In this document: piece after piece, positions 40,601 through 52,600 of the stretch
Numbering within the stretch: the first letter of the stretch is position 1
Layout of the letters: each line of letters opens with the position of its first letter
Assembly: GCF_964355755.1 (NCBI RefSeq)
Contig: NC_092679.1
Coordinates: 5,052,201-5,116,200 of the forward strand
DNA from: Antedon mediterranea
Taxonomy: Eukaryota > Animalia > Echinodermata
Length of the DNA: 64,000 nucleotides
Direction: 5' to 3'
Position numbers and translations under genes: made by a program
Notes under the pieces: model-generated
The model's input: only the letters and a program-made list of their open reading frames with translations
What the model was told of the DNA's origin: nothing
Databases searched by the model: none

Positions 40601-43600
40601 CGTCCTGAGATGAGTAGTAGTAATTAGTACAGTTTTGTTTCTATGGATCAGAGATTGCGAAATAAAAGATTGAATGAATGAATGAATTAATAAAATAATC
40701 AAATTTAAATTAATATTTTTCACAGGCACAAATTAATTCAGTCTTTTTTCCTCACCTCAAACGAGTCATAAACTTCAAGTTCCCGTAAACAAGCACCATT
40801 ATTGAAGTTCCAGATTTTAACCGTTCCATTTCTACCACCGGTAACTAATCGGCGTCCAGTCGGGTCGAAGGTCATAGCCGTAATTTCTGCGCACTTTTCT
40901 ACACACTTTTCTACGTATTTGTGCGCATTGGCAAATTGTATAGTCTTCAGTCCAGTCATTATGTCCCAGACGCTAACAACCGAATCGTGACAACAGCTAA
41001 CGACTTGGTTGAATAGGCTATTGTAAATTGCTTCGGTGACTGGTTTGTTGTGTGAGGTCACTTCTTCTTCTTCACCTTCGATTTCCCATTTATGTTCCAA
41101 AAGGGCCAACTGCAATACAACAAAAATATATATACAGTTTTACCTTGATAAATAAGTAATGTTTATAAAATGAATCTAAAAAAACCCAGGTTATTTTGGT
41201 CAAAAATATTCGACCACGATGGGACTCGAACCCACAATCTTCCGATTCAAAGTCGGACGCCTTATCCGTTGGGCCACGCGGCCGTCCGATTCAAACACGA
41301 TCTGTGAGGTCTCATGGCAATATCAAAACCCTTTAGAGTTATTATTAAAAGTTAATAAATGATTTGCTACATTGGAAAAACAAAAGTACTATTACTGTAA
41401 CTATAATTTTTTAATTCATTACTTTAGATGTTTTAATAAAAGTTTAACAATATTGCAAATCCAAAAACAGACTACATAGGGGCTGTTCAAGTCAAACCCA
41501 GTAAATACGACATTAGTATAATGTACTTAGTTAGTTATCGGTGTGTAGAAGAATATATACAGTTTTACATTCATCAATAAATAATGTTTGTAAAATTAAT
41601 TTAAAAAACCAAGGTTATTTTGGTCAAAAAGTTTCGACCACGATGGGACTCGAACCCACAATCTTCCGATTCGAAGTCGGACGCCTTATCCGTTGGGCCA
41701 CGCGGCCGTCTGATTGAAACACGATATGTGAGGTCTCATGGCAATATCAAAACTTTTTGCGTTATTATTAAAAGTTAATAAATGATTTGCTACATTGGAA
41801 AAACAAAAGTAATATTACTGTAACTATAATTTTTAATTCATTACTTTAGATGTTTTAATAAAAGTTTAACAATATTACAAATCCAAAAACAGACTACATA
41901 GGGGCTGTTCAAATCAAACCCAGTAAATACGACATTAGTATAATGTACTTAGTTAGTTATCGGTGTGTAGAAGAATATATACAGTTTTACATTCATAAAT
42001 AAATAATGTTTGTAAAATTAATTTTAAAAACCCAGGTTATTTTGGTCAAAAAGTTTCGACCACGATGGGACTCGAACCCACAATCTTCCGATTCGAAGTC
42101 GGACGCCTTATCCGTTGGGCCACGCGGCCGTCTGATTGAAACACGATATGTGAGGTCTCATGGCAATATCAACACTTTTTGAGTTATTATTAAAAGTTAA
42201 TAAATGATTTGCTACATTGGAAAAACAAAAGTAATATTACTGTAACTATAATTTTTAATTCATTACTTTAGATGTTTTAATAAAAGTTTAACAATATTAC
42301 AAATCCAAAAACAGACTACATAGGGGCTGTTCAAATCAAACCCAGTAAATACGACATTAGTATAATGTACTTAGTTAGTTATCGGTGTGTAGAAGAATAT
42401 ATACAGTTTTACATTCATAAATAAATAATGTTTGTAAAATTAATTTTAAAAACCCAGGTTATTTTGGTCAAAAATATTCGACCACGATGGGACTCGAACC
42501 CACAATCTTCCGATTCGAAGTCGGACGCCTTATCCGTTGGGCCACGCGGCCGTCTGATTGAAACACGATATGTGAGGTCTCATGGCAATATCAAAACCTT
42601 TTGAGTTATTATTAAAAGTTAATAAATGATTTGCTACATTGGAAAATCAAAAGTAATATTACTGTAACTATAATTTTTTAATTCATTACTTTAGATGTTT
42701 TAATAAAAGTTTAACAATATTGCAAATCCAAAAACAGACTACATAGGGGCTGTTCAAATCAAACCCAGTAAATACGACATTAGTATAATGTACTTAGTTA
42801 GTTATCGGTGTGTAGAAGAATATACAGTTTTAAATTGATAAATAAGTAATGTTTATAAAATGAATCTAAAAAAAACCCAGTTTATTTTGGTCAAAAATAT
42901 TCGACCACGATGGGACTCGAACCCACAATCTTCCGATTCGAAGTCGGACGCCTTATCCATTGGGCCACGCGGCCGTCTGATTGAAACACGATCTGTGAGG
43001 TCTCATGGAAATATCAAAACCTTTTGAGTTATTATTAAAAGTTAATAAATGATTTGCTACATTGGAAAAACAAAAGTAATATTACTGTAACTATAATTTT
43101 TTAATTCATTACTTTAGATGTTTTAATAAAAGTTTAACAATATTGCAAATCCCAAAACAGACTACATAGGGGCTGTTCAAATCAAACCCAGTCAATACGA
43201 CATTAGTATAATGTACTTAGTTAGTTATCGGTGTGTAGAAGAATATATACAGTTTTACATTCATAAATAAGTAATGTTTATAAAATTAATTTGAAAAACC
43301 CAGGTTATTTTGGTCAAAAAGTTTCGACCACGATGGGACTCGAACCCACAATCTTCCGATTCGAAGTCGGACGCCTTATCCATTGGGCCACGCGGCCGTC
43401 TGATTGAAACACGATCTGTGAGGTCTCATGGCAACATCAAAACCTTTTGAGTTATTATTAAAAGTTAATAAATGATTTGCTACATTGGAAAAACAAAAGT
43501 AATATTACTGTAACTATAATTTTTTAATTCATTACTTTAGATGTTTTAATAAAAGTTTAACAATATTGCAAATCCAAAAACAGACTACATAGGTGCTGTT

Positions 43601-46600
43601 CAAATCAAACCCAGTAAATACGACATTAGTATAATGTACTTAGTTAGTTATCGGTGTGTAGAAGAATATATACAGTTTTACTACATTCATAAATAAGTAA
43701 TGTTTATAAAATTAATTTTAAAAACCCAGGTTACTTTGGTCAAAAAGTTTCAACCACGATGGGACTCGAACCCACAATCTTCCGATTCGAAGTCGGACGC
43801 CTTATCCGTTGGGCCACGCGGCCGTCCAATTGAAACACGATCTGTGAGGTCTCATGGCAACATCAAAACCTTTTGAGTGATCATTCAAAGTTAATAAATG
43901 ATTCGCTATATTGGAAAAACAAAAGTAATATTACTGTAATTATAATTTTTAATTCATTACTTTAGATGTTTTAATAAAAGTTTAACAATATTGCAAATCC
44001 AAAAACAGACTAAATTGTGGGCTGTTCAAATCAAACCCAGTCAATACGACATTAGTATAATGTACTTAGTTAGTATGTGGTGTGTAGAAGAATATAATTA
44101 TACAGTTTTACATTCATACATACGTAATGTTTATAAAATTAATCTTTAAAAAAAAGCTATGTTATTTTGGTCCAAAAATATTCTACCACGATGGGACACG
44201 AACCCACAATCTTCCGATTCGAAGTCGGACGCCTTATCCGTTGGGCCACGCGGCCGTCTGATTGAAAACTGGTCTGTGAGGTCTCATGGCAATATCAAAA
44301 CCTTTTGAGTGATTCTCAAAAGTTAATAAATGATTCGTTAATATCACACATCATTGGAAAAATAAACCAGCATTATTACGGTAACTATAATCTTCAATTC
44401 ATTACTTTTGATGTTTTCATAAAAGTTTTACAATCTTGACAATCACAAAGACAACATTGTGGGATGTTCACAACTCAGTCAATACGACTGAGTAGGGGAG
44501 GAGGTAGAAGAGGGCAGGCAGAGGGTGAAGTGGTTTCGTTGTATACCTACCTGATTTGTTCCTAGAATGAGTGATCCTGTCTTTGCGTGGAAGCACACTG
44601 TATTAATCATGTAAGGTCCAAGGTTTATGTTTCGCGGGTTGATCGTCTGCAAGCAAGTCTGATCGCGCATGTCCCACACTTTAATTCCCTATTGGTAGAA
44701 AAGAACAACTAAGTTGTACATTATAAGCATTGAAAAGCGCCTTGAGCACCTTTTGGAGGAGAAGTGTGCGCATTAAAATCTTATTATTATTATTTAAAAT
44801 TAATCATTCAGTTTCTAGTTACCCAAGTCCTGTCAAGAAAAGACAGAGGGTCATCACAATTAACAAATAGGCTGACCTCTCCAAGTAGCCCACGCAGTGG
44901 TCAAAATGGAACTTCGAAGTTTCTCCAATCATTAGGAATCCCCTTCCCGACATATTGCAGAGTATGAATAATTACTGTTTACTAACACGAGTCCAAACAG
45001 AGAAACCAATTTGGTAAATTTTAATATTCACCTTATCTTTTCCTACAGTGATAATCTAAACATGAGTCCAAAAGGAGAAACCAATTTGGTAAATTTTAAT
45101 ATTCACCTTATCTTTTCCTACAGTGATAATCTAAACATGAGTCCAAAAGGAGAAACCAATTTGGTAAATTTTAATATTCACCTTATCTTTTCCTACAGTG
45201 ATAATCTGAGCATGTTGTCCGTTTACTACCACATTGGTGACCGCTGAGGTATGACCCTTCATCATACCCGTTGCCTTCGACGTCACGTACGGGTTCCATA
45301 TACGCACCGCGCGGTCCATTCCGCCAGTTACTTTAGATAAAATTAATAAAAAATATTGTATTCAAGAAGTTTTCCTAATTATAGTTCGCGTAAAAGTAAT
45401 TTATTTAGTTTAGTTTAATATCATTTAATAACAAAATGCATTCATTATTTGTTTTACTGTTTAAAATTCATGATTGTTTCTGAATGCAATCAGGGAAGAT
45501 TGAAATCAATTGTAATGTCACTCTATGTAATCAACTATATTCTAGTGTCGGAAATCGTAAACGGTGCGTTTTAACGTCGGAAATCATGAACACATGGCCC
45601 ACATTAAATTACTATGACTAGATGGCACGCTCGCTTCGCTCGCGTACCATCTAGGTCGTGCCCACAGATGGTTCTCGAATACACAGTATTTCCAGCGAGA
45701 AAAAAATGGAGATTTCAAGTGTACGTACCGCAGGACTATAATACATTGTCGTTTACAGAAACGAATAAATATACACAATGATTTATGTAGTCAACCAAAA
45801 TTAGCACCCTGGGAATTACTTCCGAGAGAGAAACAAAATGAGTCAAAATTTTTTATTTGGACTCATTTAAACAAACCCAATTTGTGTTTTGTATGTAACA
45901 TTAAGGGTTGAGGGATGGGGGAAGAAGATAGGTACAAAGAGGAAACATGTTAAAATATATTCTTATCCACTCAGTAACGAAATATTGTTTTTAATGTGTT
46001 ATAGGCCTATAAATAATATACCACTAAATACAGTAAAACATTTACGATTTAATACGGTACTTTGTTAAAACTCTCACTGTCATAGTCGATTGAAATAGTA
46101 AAGTACATGTAACGATACACCACTACGACGTTTATATATTTTTAAATTATTAATTAATACAAACGTTGAGAAGCAACTGTCAGTAATAACGTTTATTTAT
46201 TTGTATATTAAATCTAAATCTATACCTCTATGGTTAAACCAAATAATTTGGAATGTTTATTTGTATATTATATGTTTATAATCTAACAGTAGGGCCTACC
46301 CACACTCACAGTAATAAAGTTTATTTGTATATATTTTTATATTACATCTAACAGTACCAACACTCACAGTAAGAAATTTGCGATTCAAATTGCGATCAAA
46401 AGTGGTTAATACCTTAACAGTATTGTACAGCATTGCAATACTATTTATGTTTATTCTCCAAGGGGGCCCATAAATCTAAATCTATACCTCTATGGTTAAA
46501 CCAAATAATTTGGAATGTTCCATTCATCACAAATCAATACATTTGTAAAAACGTATATTAAATGTATCAAAATAGTATTTTTTAAAGAAAATCGGCCTGT

Positions 46601-49600
46601 CTTCAACATTATGATGCTGTACTCGAACTGTTCAACCGGTTTTCAGCTATTAAAAACAATTATCGTAGGAGGAGATAGGAAAATGCGAAGCCTCCTCGCA
46701 TTTTTGTGGCGGGTATTTTTCAAGATGGACATCCATTAGACAGTGTATACCACGATCGGAAAACACCCCTATTTGGGGCAAATCGTTGAACCTAAATTCG
46801 TTTTAATCGTCAATAACTAATTATCTAACTTAATTTAATTAGTAAACAGGGTTACATCAGGTGGTTAAAATCAGTACCGAAAGTACGAACCAACTTTATA
46901 TACCATCGAGTAAAAATTCTAGAAGTAAGGCGCGATTTACCGAATTTTGCCCTTACGTAAATTTATATATAGATATATAGTGCAGACTATTACGGACATC
47001 GTGAACGCACGGCCCACTTTAAAGTACCGTAAATAATGATTGTGTGATACATAAAGAATACTTGAAGAACGACTTATCAATTCAGTTCGTATACCACATG
47101 ATATTTCACTCCAGATACACGATGACTTTAATCATCAACGTCGATTTATTTTTTCCAGAAATTATTTAGGTTTAGAAGAAGTCTAATTGAGGTATTGTTC
47201 CAGATTGAGAATAGTGTCCTCTACAGTGGCGGATCCAGTATTTTGAAACAGGAGAAGGGGCGGGGAGGGCGCCTAACGAATGAAGTTTGTACTTTTCCGA
47301 AACCTTGAAATATCGGAATGGTGTCCGGCGAGGTTTATTTTTTACCAACCCCGAAACCAGTTCTAGAAATACCGGGATGGTGTCCGGCGGCGGATAGTTT
47401 CACCATGTAGTTTAAGTTCTGTTTATTTGTTGTTAGCCGAAACATTTCAATGTAATTGTTTTTTATATGTTTACAAATGACAATAAATTTACTTGACTTG
47501 ACGTATTCAGTGTTAATTCCTAAATAATAGAATACAGCTATCTTACCTATAATATTGTTTTCCTTACAGTAGTCGAAACAGAGCACACCTTTTCGAAGTT
47601 TAAAGAATGAACCACTTTAGTAGATAAAAGAAGAAACAAAAAATCGCCATTCAGAAAATCGACAAAAAACTTATTAAATACATATTATTTATCTTATCTC
47701 AATTTTATTCAAAGCGAAAGTTGAAACGATAAAGCAGTGGATTACATAAACATGTCAACTATGATCGTCAATTTTGACCGAATTTTATTTTTTTTAGTTT
47801 CGATCAATCAAATTGACTGTCTACAGTATCAAACTGGATAGGGTAACATTTGATGGTGTATACCCTTGATTTAACATGACACACAAGGTGGCATTGCGTG
47901 CGCATTATCTTAAGAAATAATACAAGTATAAATCAATCAAATATATACTACTAATTAAATGATATCTTTCAATCTTGTAATATCTTCATATTTCCGCCCT
48001 CTCCCTCCCCCTAATTTATATAGGATATTACTCATATTAATCAAACATTATTATATCATTCATAATTATTTTAGGACGATAGGTTTAATATTTCATAATT
48101 TATTAATAATGTTTTCTGTTTCCTAAACACGCATGTTACATGGTTTATCAATATAAACAGCAGACTTGGTTGGCTGTTTATTTATTTATCCATCAAGATA
48201 AAACGCTTAGAATACACTGGTTGTTTTCTAATATAAAATAAATTATAAATGTTGAGTGAGGTCAAATGTATAGCCTAAATGTAATGGTGAATATGTTCTC
48301 AGAACAACATATTACATGCGTAAAGCTCTGTCTACACTGTCAAACTAGTTTGACAAAAAAAAGTGTGATGTACCCAAATATGGTAGTGATGTGCCAAAAT
48401 ACGTTAGTGATATGACATCATCATGTTTATATATGGGCACATCACATTTTTTTTGTCACATAATGTTTGATAGTGTAGACAAAGCACATATTCGGGATAC
48501 GCACATACAAGGCGAAAAGCTAGTATAAAGTAAACCCAACTGTTTAAAAAGACAATTGTTATCATTACTATGGAACGCCGTTTACGCAACATTTTGATGA
48601 TATGAATTTTATGACGCGATATGTGAATGAAATGCATCGATATGAATTGAATGGCGCGATATATGAATGAAATGTTTTGAATTGAATGCTTTGAATTGAA
48701 TGTTTTGAATGAAATGTTTTGAATGAAATGTTTTGAATTGAATGTTTTGAATAAAATGTTTTGAATGAAATGTTTTGAACGAAATGTTTTGAATGAAATG
48801 TTTTGAATGAAATGTTTTGAATGAAATGTTTTGAATGAAATGTTTGAATTGAATTGAAAAGTCAAACTATTGGCGGCGTATGTCATTCCCGCTCGCGATT
48901 TTGTTTTAACCTCTTAGGCCTAAGCCTGGGTACCCTCATCTCCTTTCCACGCTGTCATCAATATGGATCAAAACAAAACAACATTTCATTCAAAACATTG
49001 CATTCAAAACAATTTATTCAAAACATTTCATTCAAAACATTCAATTCAAAGCATTCAATTCAAAACATTTTATTCATATATCGCGCCATTCAATTCATAT
49101 CGATTCATTTCATTCACATATCGCGTCATAAAATTCATATCATTGAAATGTTGCGTAAACGGCGTTCCATACATTACTGTTTTTTGCTGAATAAAGTGTA
49201 AAATGTAAAATAGTGTACCTTTTTTTTCCTTCAAGGGGTCCGATGTACAATGACGTATCGTTAGTTGTTGAACACGATACGAATGAATGCAGGTTGTCGC
49301 AGTACTTAACTTTTCGGACCCAGTCATCGTGAAGGGACTAAAATTAAAAATAAAGCCGAAATCAATCAATGAAACATTGTCAAGCTCTGTCTACATTATC
49401 AAACTAGTTTTTACAAAATAAAAGTGTGACGTGCCCAAATATGGTAGTGATATGACATCCTCATGTCCATATATGGGCACATCACATGTTTTTTGTCACA
49501 TAAAGTTTGCTAGTGTAGGCAGATATTTCATTCATATTGGGTATACTATAAAAAGCAAACGCAAAATAATTAAACAATCATTTTACTTACAGAACACCTA

Positions 49601-52600
49601 ATGGCTTTCACGCCTTTGACACTTCCTCTTAAAAGATCCGGAAATGGAACACGACGCGATCCGACTGAAATATAAAAAAACAGTAGAGGATGAGTGGAAG
49701 TCATCGTGTTATTAGTGGGGAAAGGTTTGGGGAAAGGTTTGTGGAAAGGTTGAATAAAAAATGTTTCATTATAAGATGGAGGAAGAATTTCATTTCCTCC
49801 ATGATTATAAAAACCAATTACAAAAACAGTTTTACATTATTTATACTAATTTTATTTGGATGAACATCCAAAACCCACCCTCGTAACACATTGCGCTTCA
49901 CAAGAACAAACATTTGCCAGAATTCAGAAATATGCAAGTTAAAAAGCGAGTTTTAAAAAGCTATCCTAAAATAATTTAAGTTGCTTGACGTGTATAAAAA
50001 TGCAACTCATTTCAAAAGGGAAGACAGAGGTAAAAAAAAAGAACGCTAACTATAATGATGTGGACATAATCAGCAGCAAGTCGGGTTTTCAATTAATTTA
50101 ACTATACAATGTCCCAATTTAACGTCCCATACCCTAAGGTACCTCACCAAAAGTGGCTCTTCCTTTGACCAGATGGGATGGCTGAGCAAATGGACACGCG
50201 CAGCTGTCATGCTTGAACAAGCACGAAAATAAATAGACAACAAACAATACAGCTGTCACTATGAATAAATTGAACTTAAATAAATAGGCCACGAACTTGA
50301 AAATATAAAACAGATTGCGCGCGTGGACATCTAACATATTAATGTGATTGCAAATACTAATCTGATATGATTCATTATTATGACCGCGAATTCTAATTTA
50401 ATGTTAGTTTATTCCCTGGTGAAGTCAAGACAACTTCTGCAGACAAACAACACGTGGTTCAGAGCAGCCAAAATATCCTACTATACGTTATATCAATTCA
50501 GAGCATTTTACAATTATTAATTTAATTTGTAATTTAATATATAAACAATTATAATAAATAGATAACAAAGGCATAATGTTAAATGTTTAAAGAAGGTAAC
50601 TTGCGCCCTCATCGCTACACGTTTATTTGGAACATTGTTAGTGCAGTAATTAAACATATTATTACATGATATCAATTATGTTTTTGAAATCAAATTTTCG
50701 TTTTCAGTGAAGGTAAAAATTAACGTTGAACTTACCAACGTTTCGTGCGTTAGCATCGCACTTTTTCAAGGTAGTGGTGTCAGCTTGATTTCAAAAATAT
50801 TTTATCAATTATGTTATTCGTAATATTTCTTCAGTGACGCCATGATAAAAAGACACACATTTTACGTGCGCGTACAAAAGTAGTGTAATGTTCAACACAA
50901 TTTGAGCGCACTTATTTGTTCCTCAATATTGGGACGCGGAAGAAATAGTAGGATACCTGACTTAGCGTTTTGTTGTCCAAATAAGGCTGAGCCCAGCGCT
51001 TCAGTAAAGATAATGGCCGACACACCTCCAGCCGAATCACCGAACATTAAAACAGCATTATTCATGTTTTTCTTGTCGAACCTTAAACAGAATGATCAGA
51101 TCATTAACAACATTGAAATAATAGAATTACGTGCGTTGACACTAATGATTGATTCCCACTTGGACGCAATGTAACAACGTAGACACAACAACGCACGTGA
51201 GTTGACCAATCACAAGTGACGGTTCGGATGATCCATCGCGTCGTGATTGGTCAATTACTTACGTTCGTTCGTACGTTCTTGTGACGCCTACATCCTTGTG
51301 AGAACTAAGGTTTAGTAGGGCCGCCAAAATGACTATAAGTAATGGTAAATAACTCACCAGTAATCCATACATAGTGCTGGGTATTCCAGACCAGACACTT
51401 GGAAACATTTATCAAACTTGCTGGCATTTATATCATAAAAGCCTAAACAATACAATGATATACAATTCATAACATTAAATAATAATAATGTCATATTGAC
51501 AATAAAATAATAATGATACTGAAAAAAACAGCAATGAAGATGATGCCAAAAAAACTCCATGATAATGACAACAAATAGATGATGACGTAGTTAATCAAAT
51601 TATGACGATGGATATTATGATAATGGTTATGATCACGAATGATTCAATGACGATAATACTGATTATGATGATGGTAATGATGATGATGATTATGATGATG
51701 ATGATAATGATTATGATGATGATTATGAAGATGATGATAATGATGATGATGATGGTGATGATTATGACGATGATGATGAAGACGGTCATTATAAGGATGA
51801 TAATGATGATAATGAAATTCTGTTTAGATATACCGTAGGCTTAGTTTTCATCGTAGCCTACCAATACCATACAAGGTATTATATTATCATCCTAAATATG
51901 CTAATAAAACCTTCGTATATTTATTACAGAGAACAATTATCAAATAAAGCAGAACGAAGGTCGAAAAATGAAATGGTTACCCGTTACAAATTTAAAAATC
52001 TTAATTTGTATGCATTACATTGTTTGTTCGATAATTGTGCAATACAAACGTCAAACGAGTCCTGAATATCATATCACCTAGGTTACATAGTCCTATATGT
52101 TTAAACGAGTTTACTCTCATTAATAACAATTTAAATCATAAATGAGTCCTATAAAACATATTATTACTTTGCAATTACAGCTATTTCTTAAATTAATAGT
52201 AACGGGAATATGTTGCGGTTCAGATAAAATAGTAACTACTTTGGGCAACTTCGTTGAACATTTATTGTGTCACACAGGTCGTGGAGATTAAATCTTATTT
52301 AAGATTAGATTTCCAAAATACCAATATTACGTATTTTAGATGGGTACATTGTGTCATGTATGGACAGTGTGAATTTAAGTTCTGTCTACACTATCAAACT
52401 TTATGGGACATTATGTCACTACCATATTTGGGTATGTCACTACCATATTTGGGTATGTCACTACCATATTTGGGTATGTCACTACCATATTTGGGCACAT
52501 CAAAGTTTCTTTACTTTTTACTATAGTTTGAAAGTGTAAAAAGAGCTTTAGTTCGGGTCGTGCAAAAAAACAAACATGCCACTGGTGGAATTTTATTTAA

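Larger units (their letters stand above)
41126..44488 (-). repeat. Tandem array of eight ~422-432 bp units, each containing one tRNA gene
   Basis: tRNA starts spaced 424, 422, 422, 423, 423, 426, 432 bp; spacers nearly identical. Confidence 0.95.

Noticed and set aside
34362-40990. Plus-strand ORFs at 34362, 35286, 36364, 38052 and 40802
   Set aside because: Antisense shadows of WD40 exons; no independent splice or domain support.
41241-41257. Opal suppressor or selenocysteine tRNA (TCA visible on the plus strand)
   Set aside because: The gene is on the minus strand, where the anticodon reads TTG; there is also no long variable arm.
41126-44488. tRNA-derived SINE copies rather than tRNA genes
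   Set aside because: Full cloverleaves are followed immediately by T-run terminators, with no SINE body or tail, and the solo copies share only the 73 nt.
47222-47400. hAT-like (CAGTGGCGGATCCAG) fragment; similar scraps near 4095-4176 and 54890-54945, and Tc1/pogo-like TACAGTAGAACCC near 54068
   Set aside because: Only single ends are recognisable, with no paired TIR or TSD, so they are not listed as features.
48404-49201. 160-aa and 115-aa repetitive ORFs (SKHFIQNISFKTF..)
   Set aside because: Translation of the 14-bp sub-repeats in the two arms of the foldback element; no transposase motifs.
51595-51838. Poly-Met and poly-Ile ORFs
   Set aside because: Translation of an intronic (ATG)n microsatellite.
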